Below are positions 24,561 through 34,117 of a stretch of DNA of 64,000 nt, piece after piece. The notes beneath the pieces are model-generated. The model had not been told where the DNA came from. It ran no database searches and saw nothing but the letters and a program-made list of their open reading frames with translations. This DNA is from Phyllobates terribilis (taxonomy: Eukaryota), in NCBI RefSeq assembly GCF_046119375.1, contig NW_027362764.1, forward strand, positions 806,992,001 to 807,056,000. The letters run 5' to 3'. Made by a program: the position numbers and the translations under genes. Position 1 is the first letter of the stretch. Each line of letters starts with the position of its first letter.

Positions 24561-27002
24561 ATCAGTATCTGGTGACCGCCCGTCACCTCCATCATCAGTA
24601 TCTGGTGACCGCCCGTCACCTCCATCATCAGTATCTGGTGACCGCCCGTCACCTCCATCATCAGTATCTGGTGACCGCCCGTCGCCTCCATCATCAGTAT
24701 CTGGTGACCGCCCGTCGCCTCCATCATCAGTATCTGGTGACCGCCCGTCGCCTCCATCATCAGTATCTGGTGACCGCCCGTCGCCTCCATCATCAGTATC
24801 TGGTGACCGCCCGTCACCTCCATCATCAGTATCTGGTGACCGCCCGTCACCTCCATCATCAGTATCTGGTGACCGCCCGTCGCCTCCATCATCAGTATCT
24901 GGTGACCGCCCGTCACCTCCATCATCAGTATCTGGTGACCGCCCGTCACCTCCATCATCAGTATCTGGTGACCGCCCGTCGCCTCCATCATCAGTATCTG
25001 GTGACCGCCCGTCACCTCCATCATCAGTATCTGGTGACCGCCCGTCACCTCCATCATCAGTATCTGGTGACCGCCCATCGCCTCCATCATCAGTATCTGG
25101 TCACTGCCCGTCACCTCCATCATCAGTATCTGGTGACCACCTATCACCTCCATCTCTGGTGACTGCCCGTCTCCTCCATCATCAGTATCTGGTGACCGCC
25201 TGTCGCCACCATCATCAGTATCTGGTGACTACCTATCACCTCCATCATCAGTATCTGGTGACTGCCCGTCTCCTCCATCATCAGTATCTGGTGACCGCCT
25301 GTCGCCACCATCATCAGTATCTGGTGACCACCCATCGCCTCCATCATCAGTATCTAGTGACTAACTATCACCTCCATCATCAGTATCTGGTGACTACCTA
25401 TCACCTCCATCATCATTATCTGGTGACTGCCCGTCCCCTCCATCATCAGTATCTGGTGACTGCCCGTCCCCTCCATCATCAGTATTTAGTGACCGCCTGT
25501 CGTCTCCATCATCAGTATCTGGTGACCGCCCGTCTTCTCCATCATCAGTATCTGGTGACCGCCCGTCTCCTCCATCATCAGTATCTGGTCACCGCCCGTC
25601 TCCTCTATCATCAGAATCTGGTGACTGCCCGTCTCCTCCATCATCAGTATCTGATGACCGCCCGTCTCCTCCATCATCAGTATCTGGTGACCGCCCGTCT
25701 CCTCCATCATCAGTATCTGGTCACCGCCCGTCTCCTCCATCATCAGTAACTGGTGACCGCCTGTCGCCTCCACCATCAGTATCTGGTGACCGCCTGTCTC
25801 CTCCATCATCAGTATCTGGTGACCACCCGTCACCTCCATCATCAGTATCTGGTGACTGCCCGTCACCTCCATCATCAGTATCTGGTGACCGCCCGTCTCC
25901 TCCATCATCAGTATCTGGTGACCGCCCGTCTCCTCCATCATCAGTATCTGGTGACCGCCCGTCACCTCCATCATCAGTATCTGGTGACCGCCTGTCCCCT
26001 CCATCATCAGTATCTGGTGACCGCCCGTCTCCTCCATCATCAGTATCTGGTGACCGCCCGTCTCCTCCATCATCAGTATCTGGTGACCGCCCGTCTCCTC
26101 CATCATCAGTATCTGGTGACCGCCCGTCTCCTCCATCATCAGTATCTGGTGACCGCCCGTCTGCTCCATCATCAGTATCTGGTGACCGCCCGTCTCCTCC
26201 ATCATCAGTATCTGGTCACCGCCCGTCTCCTCCATCATCAGTATCTGGTCACCGCCCGTCTCCTCCATCATCAGTATCTGGTCACCGCCCGTCTCCTCCA
26301 TCATCAGTATCTGGTCACCGCCCGTCTCCTCCATCATCAGTATCTGGTCACCGCCCGTCTCCTCCATCATCAGTATCTGGTCACCGCCCGTCTCCTCCAT
26401 CATCAGTATCTGGTCACCGCCCGTCTCCTCCATCATCAGTATCTGGTCACCGCCCGTCTCCTCCATCATCAGTATCTGGTCACCGCCCGTCTCCTCCATC
26501 ATCAGTATCTGGTCACCGCCCGTCTCCTCCATCATCAGTATCTGGTCACCGCCCGTCTCCTCCATCATCAGTATCTGGTCACCGCCCGTCTCCTCCATCA
26601 TCAGTATCTGGTCACCGCCCGTCTCCTCCATCATCAGTATCTGGTGACCGCCCGTCTCCTCCATCATCAGTATCTGGTCACCGCCCGTCACCCCCATCAT
26701 CAGTATCTGGTCACCGCCCGTCTCCTCCATCATCAGTATCTGGTCACCGCCCGTCTCCTCCATCATCAGTATCTGGTCACCGCCCGTCTCCTCCATCATC
26801 AGTATCTGGTCACCGCCCGTCTCCTCCATCATCAGTATCTGGTCACCGCCCGTCTCCTCCATCATCAGTATCTGGTCACCGCCCGTCTCCTCCATCATCA
26901 GTATCTGGTCACCGCCCGTCTCCTCCATCATCAGTATCTGGTCACCGCCCGTCTCCTCCATCATCAGTATCTGGTCACCGCCCGTCTCCTCCATCATCAG
27001 TA
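24527..27002 (+). repeat. 33-bp minisatellite, about 75 copies
   Basis: Monomer CATCAGTATCTGGTGACCGCCCGTCTCCTCCAT, giving 11-aa periodicity (HHQYLVTARLL / MMEETGGHQIL). Confidence 0.98.
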
Positions 27003-27004
27003 TC

Positions 27005-27254
27005 CTATTTTTGCACTGTTAATTCTTCCTGCTTTACATTTTGCTGTATACTCTTCTGCTTCATAGTTTTTACTTTTTTTTTGATGCAATAAATGTAACT
27101 CCAGTTTTCTTCATGGAAAGTCTTTCTTTGCTTTCACAGATGAGGTTTTGGATTTTGCTCAATCTCTGCTCCAATAAATTGTATTTACATTTTACTTTTT
27201 AGAAATTCTGCAATTATCTCCATCTGAGCTTTTGCTGCACTAAATTCTGCTGCA
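27005..27254 (+). repeat. Left portion of an old degenerate AT-rich array, interrupted by Tc1 element C
   Basis: TTTTGCTGCACTAAATTCTGCTGC and CTCTGCTCCAATAAATT match the motifs recurring at 30316-31905. Confidence 0.65.
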
Positions 27255-27292
27255 TACAGTGGGTACGGAAAGTATTCAGACCCCTTTACATT
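27255..27292 (+). mobile_element. Orphan 38-bp duplicate of the element C terminus (TA plus TIR start)
   Basis: TACAGTGGGTACGGAAAGTATTCAGACCCCTTTACATT is identical to 28693-28730. Confidence 0.95.
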
Positions 27293-28692
27293 ACGGATCT
27301 TGTACTGATCCTGAGTTAAATCCTGTATTATACCCCAGAGCTGCACTCACTATTCTGCTGGTGCAGTCACTGTGTACATACATTACATTACTGATCCTGA
27401 GCTACATCCTGTATTATACTCCAGAGCTGCACTCACTATTCTGATGGTGCAGTCACTGTGTACATACATTACATTACTGATCCTGAGTTACATCCTGTAT
27501 TATACCCCAGAGCTGCACTCACTATTCTGATGGTGCAGTCACTGTGTACATACATTACATTACTGATCCTGCACTGATCCTGAGTTATATCCTGTATTAT
27601 AATCCAGAGCTGCACTCACTATTCTGCTGGTGGAGTCACTGTGTACATACATTACATTACTGATCCTGAGTTACATCCTGTATTATACTCCAGAGCTGCA
27701 CTCACTATTCTGATGGTGCAGTCACTGTGTACATACATTACATTACTGATCCTGCACTGATCCTGAGTTATATCCTGTATTATAATCCAGAGCTGCACTC
27801 ACTATTCTGCTGGTGCAGTCACTGTGTACATACATTACATTACTGATCCTGAGTTACATCCTGTATTATACTCCAGAGCTGCACTCACTATTCTGCTGGT
27901 GCAGTCACTGTGTACATACATTACATTACTGATCCTGAGTTACATCCTGTATTATACCCCAGAGCTGCACTCACTATTCTGCTGGTGCAGTCACTGTGTA
28001 CATACATTACATTACTGATCCTGAGTTACATCCTGTATTATACCCCAGAGCTGCACTCACTATTCTGCTGGTGCAGTCACTGTGTACATACATTACATTA
28101 CTGATCCTGAGTTACATCCTGTATTATACTCCAGAGCTGCACTCACTATTCTGCTGGAGCAGTCACTGTGTACATACATTATATTACTGATCCTGAGTTA
28201 CATCCTGTATTATACTCCAGAGCTGCACTCACTATTCTGCTGGTGGAGTCACTGTGTACATACATTACATTACTGATCCTGAGTTACATCCTGTATTATA
28301 CTCCAGAGCTGCACTCACTATTCTGCTGGAGCAGTCACTGTGTACATACATTACATTACTGATCCTGAGTTACATCCTGTATTATACTCCAGAGCTGCAC
28401 TCACTATTCTGCTGGTGGAGTCACTGTGTACATACATTACATTACTGATCCTGAGTTACATCCTGTATTATACTCCAGAGCTGCACTCACTATTCTGCTG
28501 GTGCAGTCACTGTGTACATACATTACATTACTGATCCTGAGTTACCTCCTGTATTATACTCCAGAGCTGCACTCACTATTCTGCTGGTGCAGTCACTGTG
28601 TACATACATTATATTACTGATCCTGAGTTACATCCGGTATTATACTCCAGAGCTGCACTCACTATTCTGCTGGAGCAGTCACTGTGTACATG
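27293..28692 (+). repeat. 86-bp satellite, about 16 copies
   Basis: Monomer ACTGTGTACATACATTACATTACTGATCCTGAGTTACATCCTGTATTATACTCCAGAGCTGCACTCACTATTCTGCTGGTGCAGTC. Near-identical small ORFs recur every 86 bp. Two units carry an extra 11 bp (GCACTGATCCT). Confidence 0.98.
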
Positions 28693-28694
28693 TA

Positions 28695-30313
28695 CAGTGG
28701 GTACGGAAAGTATTCAGACCCCTTTACATTTTTCACTCTTTGTTTCATTGCAGCTATTTGGTAAATTCTATAAAGTTCATTTTTTTTCTCATTAAAGTCC
28801 ACTCTGCACCCCATCTTGACTGAAAAAAAACAGAAATGTAGAAATTTTTGCAAATGTATTAAAAAAGAAAAACTGAGATATCACATGGTCATAAGTATTC
28901 AGACCCTTTGCTCAGTATTGAGTAGAAGCCCCCTTTTGAGCTTGTACAGCCGTGAGTCTTCTTGGAAATGATGCAACAGGTTTTTCACCCCTGGATTTGG
29001 GGGTCCTCTGCCATTCTTCCTTGCAGATCCTCTCCAGTTCCGTCAGGTTGGATGGTGAGCGTTGGTGGACAGCCATTTTCAGGTCTCTCCAGAGATGCTC
29101 AATTGGGTTTAGGTCAGGGCTCTGGCTGGGCCAGTCAAGAATGGTCACAGAGTTGTTCTGAAGCCACTCCTTTGTTATTTTAGCTGTGTGCTTAGGGTCA
29201 TTGTCTTGTTGGAAGGTGAACCTTCGGCCAAGTCTGAGGTCCGCAGCACTCTGGAAGAGGTTTTCATCCAGGATATCTCTGTACTTGGCCGCATTCATGT
29301 TTCCTTCAATTGCAACCAGTCGTCCTGTCCCTGCAGCTGAAAAATACCCCCATAGCATGATGCAGCCACCACCATGTCTCACTGTTGGGATTGTATTGGG
29401 CAGGTGATGAGCAGTGCCTGGTTTTCTCCACACATACCGCTTAGAATTATCACCAAAAAGTTCTCTTTGTCTCATCAGACCAGAGAATCTTATTTCTCAT
29501 AGTCTGGGAGTCCTTCATGTGTTTTTAAGCAAACTCTATGCGGGCTTTCATATGTCTTGCACTGAGGAGAGGCTTCCGTCAGTCCACTCTGCCATAAAGG
29601 CCCGACTGGTGGAGGGCTGCAGTGAGAGTTGACCTTGTAGAACTTTCTCCCATCTCCCTACTGCATCTCTGGAGCTCAGCCGCAGTGATCTTGGGGTTCT
29701 TCTTTACCTCTCTCACCAAGGCTCTTCTCCCACAATTGCCCTGTTTGGCTGGATGGCCAGGTCTAGGAAGACTTCTGGTGGTCCCAAACTTCTTCCATTT
29801 AAGGATTATGGAGGCCACTGTGCTCTGAGGAACCTTGAGTAATGCAGAGATTCTTTTGTAACCTTGGCCAGATCTGTGCCTTGCCACAATTCTGTCTCTG
29901 AGCTCCTTGGGCAGTTCCTTTGAGCTCATGATTCTCATTTGGTCTGACATGCACTGTGAGCTGTGAGGTCTTATATAGACAGGTGTGCGCCTTTCCAAGT
30001 CAAGTCCTATCAGTTTAATTAAACACAGCTGGACTCCAATGAAGGAGTAGAACCATCTCAAGGAGGATCACAAGGAAATGGACACCATGTGACTTAAATA
30101 TGGGTCTGAATACTTATGACCATGTGCTATTTCAGTTTTTCTTTTTTAATAAATTTGCAAAACTCTCTACATTTCTGTTTTTTTTTCAGTCAAGATGGGG
30201 TGCAGAGTGGACTGTAAGGAGAAAAAAATGAACTTTTTAGAATTTACCAAATGGCTGCAATGAAACAAAGAGTGAAAAATTTTAAGGGGTCTGAAGACTT
30301 TCCGTTCCCACTG
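28695..30313 (-). mobile_element. Full-length Tc1 element C (1619 bp, IR/DR-type TIRs of about 215 bp, TA target duplication)
   Basis: TA|CAGTGGGTACGGAAAGTATTCAGACCCC at 28695 and GGGGTCTGAAGACTTTCCGTTCCCACTG|TA ending at 30313. Inner direct repeats AAGTATTCAGACCC at about 28895 and GGGTCTGAATACTT at about 30102. Confidence 0.98.
28912..29938 (-). pseudogene. Tc1 DD34E transposase pseudogene (element C)
   Basis: MSSKELPKELRDRIVARHRSGQGYKRIS..WSDE..VWRKPG..HGGGCIMLWGYFS..FQQDNDPKHTA..WPSQSPDLNPIEHLW..KGASTQY*. In-frame stops near 29580 (GRVD*) and 29526 (EFA*), plus a frameshift just after WSDETK. Confidence 0.97.
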
Positions 30314-30315
30314 TA

Positions 30316-31905
30316 TATCCACAATAAATTGAATTCCACTCCAAACTTTTCATCTGTAAATTGTACTTTAAATGTTACTACAATAAACTCTGCTCCAACT
30401 GTGACAATAAATAAACTCCAGCTTTCAGTTTTGATACAAGAAAACCCTCTTTCTTTTGTTGCAGTAAATTCAGCTCCGATTGTCACTAAAATATGGAGTA
30501 TTTTGCTGTAACAAACTCTGCTCCATCTGTTGCAGCGATGAAGTAAACTTTCGGCTGAATAACAAGAAAATCTACTTTTCATTTTGCTGCAATAAATTCT
30601 GCTTCAAACTTTTTTTTACAGTGAATTGCACTCCAGAATTTTGCTGTAATAAACTCTACTCTAACTGTCATTTTAGCCATAAATAAAAGCCTCGCTTCTT
30701 CAGGGATTTGTTATAATAAGTTCCACTTTTCATTTTGCTGCAATCAATTCTGCTCTGGGCTTTTTCTGCACTGAACTCTGCTCCAACTGTTACTTCGAGA
30801 AACTCTGCTTTCATTCTCGCTCTTAGGAAATCCACTTTTCCATTTTACTGCAATAAATTCTGCCCCAAACTTTTATACAGTAAATGTTTATAATTTTGCT
30901 GCAATAAACTCTGCTCCAACTGGTAAAACAATAAGCTCTGCTTCCAATTTTACTACAAGTAAATCTGCTTTCCATCTTGCTGCAATAACTTCTTCTCTAA
31001 CTGTTGCTAAGCTAAACCGCTCAGTATTTTGCTGTGACAAAGTCTGCTCCAACTGTTACTGCAATAAACTAACAACTACTGTGAAAAACCTTCTTTTCAT
31101 TTTACTACAAACAATTCTGCTCCATCTGTTACTGCATAAACTCTGCTTTCAGTTTCACTAGAAGAAAATCTGTTCTCTATTTTGCTGCAATACATTCTGC
31201 TCCAAACCTTTCTACCGTAAATTGTGCTCCTTTAATTTGCTGCACTAAGCTCTGCTCTAACTGTTACTATAATAATCTTGGCTTTGAATATCTACAAAAT
31301 TGGCTCTTCTGCATTAAATTCTGGTCCGGCCTTTTCTACAGTAAACCGTGCTCCAAAACGTTTATGCACTAAATTCCGCTCCAACTGCAATAACTTTTGA
31401 GTTCAATTTTAATTGGGAAAAAAAACACTTTTCCATTTTGCTACAATGAATTCTCCTCCACAGTTTTCTACCCTAAAAAGTCTGTTGCACCAAACTCAAC
31501 AAAATCCGCTTTCCCGCTTTGTTGCAAAAAATTCTGCTCCATTCTGCACAGTAAACCGTGCTCCAAAATGTTTCTGCAACAAATTCTGCTCCAACTGTTA
31601 CTACGATAAACTCAGCTTTCAATTTTTTACTAGTAAAAAAAAAAAAAAAGTCTCTTTTCAATTTTGCTGCAATGAATTCTGCTCCAAACTTTTCCGTGGT
31701 AAATTGTGCCTCTAAAGTTTGCTGTAATAAAGTCTACTCCAACTGTTATTTTATTCCATTTTACTGCAATAAATTCTGATCTAAACTTTTCGGAACCGTG
31801 CTCATCATTTTGCTGTCCCAGGCTCTGCTCCAACAGTAAACTCTGCTTTTGATTTTGCTGCAATAAAGTCTGCTCCAATCTTTCCAGAGCCTTTGCTGGA
31901 GTTCT
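30316..31905 (+). repeat. Old degenerate AT-rich array of ~28-34-bp subunits, loosely grouped in ~130-140-bp units
   Basis: Recurrent TTTTGCTGCAATAAATTCTGCTCCAAACT, CTCTGCTCCAACTGTTACT and CAGTAAATTGTGCTCC in the same order and on the same strand. Confidence 0.8.
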
Positions 31906-32430
31906 GCTCCAGCTGCGCTCCCAATGGGGGGGCTCTGACCCTCTGCCATGACCTCTGCCGTGCAGCGGAGGCCAGGGATCTGACCTCTGGAGGCCGCTCC
32001 CCCCCCCCCCGTTTGGAGTGTGTTTGGCACAAAGCACCGATGTAAGCAGTAACCGGGACCCTCCGAAAAAAAAGCCGACGGGAGATAAAAATAAAATCCC
32101 CTGACCAGGCAGAAAGAATCGCAGAGCTCCAGCGATAAGTGTTGCCTGACTGTGTGTGAAATCCCCTGGGGGGCGTCAGCCGCCATTCCCAGAATCCTCG
32201 GGCCACACAATTGGGGGATCGCTGGCGGCTCTAATGAAGTTAGCAACAGCAAACGATTAAGTTAGGGGGTCCCGGGGGGCCGCGGCTGATGGAGACGAGT
32301 GCCGAGCCGCACAACTGCCTTTCATTTCAATTTGGTCACGGAGGCTGAGATGAAAGTAGGACGTCTACGCCCGCACCGCCGGCTCTGCTGCATCACTCAG
32401 GAAAGCGCAGTCCCATGTAAAGCATAACCC
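31905..32430. promoter_or_regulatory. CpG-rich unique island
   Basis: Non-repetitive, GC- and CpG-rich. No convincing ORF. A regulatory role is inferred only. Confidence 0.3.
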
Positions 32431-32529
32431 ACCCAAAGTGAAAAGCTCTGCCACTTTCCAATACACTGTCAGTGAGGGTCCCAGCCCAATATCTGGGGGG
32501 TCGTTACACCTGTCATCAATGTGCGACAT

Positions 32530-34110
32530 GCTGATACATTGTAACAAGCCATCAGAAAAGGGAAAAGGCCGGAACTGCCAGCGGAGGATGGGACTGTCTG
32601 CACTGACTGCAACTGCACCAAACCCTCAGCTGCAAATCAGAGGGGGGTGTAAGCAGGATCAGGAGTCACTTCACTGACAGCAAAGAAAAAAAAAGAATGA
32701 AATCCGCAAATAGTATCGGGAAAAACAGAAAAGGATCCAATGCTGGGAAGAAAAGACAACGTTACCTGCGCTGATACATTGTAACAAACTCTCAGGATCC
32801 TGCAGAATAAGGACAATTGTAACAAACCCCCTGCTGTGAATATAAACTACATTGTATGTCTATTCACTTACAGCAAGAAGAGGAGATGAGGTGAATCCAG
32901 GACAAATGTCAGGAAATGTGAAGAAAAAATGTCAACACATAAAGATGTGCAGGGATTTCTCATAGCTTCTGGGTTTCGGCACCATTTTTAATATCACTGC
33001 TTGCTGCCAGTGAATGAAAACATTCTTAGGGTATGTTCACACAGGGTCTTTTTGGTGTGTTTTTTTTCTGCAGCAAAACCTGCTCTCTTGGCAGGAAAGA
33101 AGCAGCATCAAAAATGTAGGTTTTGGAGCGTTTTTGTGGTGGTTTTTGGTGCGTTTTTGCAGTGGTTTTTGGTGCGTTTTTGCTGTGGTTTTGGTGCATA
33201 TTTGTGGTGGTTTTTGGTGCATTTTTCAGGATCCCAAAGTTCAACTTTGCTTCAACCACAGAAGCATGAACACAGGTCACCAATGTGAGACATATGTTCT
33301 TGAAAAATACACAATTACAATTGTAAGCGGGGAGGCGAATTGGTCGGGAATAATTTACCTAAGACATTGTCAGAACATTGAGTTTGTAGGACACTATTTA
33401 CTTTCACACTTTTTTCAGCCATTGAGTTGCTCAGGTATTGTTCAATCTCGCACCTTGCTCGGCCAATGTGTACACATCACTAATTTAAATAAACTGTACT
33501 AATCCAAACACGTGACCAAGACAAGTTGGTAAACTTGGGAAAATTCACAAGAATAAATGGGGTTCACATACTGCTGTACCTGCTTCCCCCCCAAAAAAAA
33601 AACGCAGCAAAACATTCACACTAGGCATCTTTTCAGCATTCTTTGCACCACCCAGTGCTTTCAGTGGGTGAAAAACACCGAAAAAACGCTGAAAGAAGTG
33701 ACGTGCTCTATAATGCAAAAAAACACGCAAAGCACAAAAAATCAAGCTGTGTGCATGAGATTTCTGAAATCACATAGACTTTGTGGGAATGTAAAACGCA
33801 GCTGAAAATTTGCATTAAAAAAGGCAGAAAAACACCTCGTGTGAACATAGTCTTACATACAAAAAAGCCCTGTGCAGACCTGAAAGTGCCAACTTCTCAG
33901 GTTTTCCTACAAAAGCTCAAGAGAATAGAGCAGATTTACCTGCACTGATACATTGTAACAAACTACATCGAACATCTGCACAAACCTCCCTGTAGATAGA
34001 TTGTTGTGTAGACTGGATACAACTGTAACAAACCCTCAGCGGTGAGGAGTGTGGAGGCCCGGCAGGTATCTGCGGCAGCTGGTATCTCTATTCACTAACA
34101 GCAAGGATTA
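32530..34110 (+). repeat. Degenerate interspersed modules (CTGATACATTGTAACAAAC family) interrupted by a MITE
   Basis: CTGATACATTGTAACAA at 32531, 32771 and 33945. TTACCTGC(G/A)CTGATACATTGTAACAAACT at 32762 and about 33937. TCTATTCACT(T/A)ACAGCAAG at about 32859 and 34087. Confidence 0.75.
33029..33852. mobile_element. PIF/Harbinger-type MITE (824 bp)
   Basis: TTA|GGGTATGTTCACAC ... GTGTGAACATAGTC|TTA gives 14-bp TIRs with 2 mismatches and a 3-bp TTA duplication. Subterminal GCGTTTTT repeats on the left arm and AAAACGC repeats on the right. A TWA target duplication is diagnostic of PIF/Harbinger. Confidence 0.88.
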
Positions 34111-34117
34111 AGACTTT

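Noticed and set aside
22859-27066. His-rich and Met-rich ORFs (HHATSMACMHA, HHQYLVTARLL, MMEETGGDQIL) suggesting metal-binding or structural proteins
   Set aside because: These are alternative frames of 33-bp minisatellites whose origin is explained by Tc1 sequence. No promoter or splice context.
27293-28692. Regular repeat array next to a transposase, superficially CRISPR-like
   Set aside because: The units are wholly repeated with no unique spacers, there are no cas genes, and the context is eukaryotic.
31630-32252. Overlapping 133-163 aa ORFs on the minus strand
   Set aside because: Three overlapping frames, partly within the degenerate repeat, with no recognisable domain.
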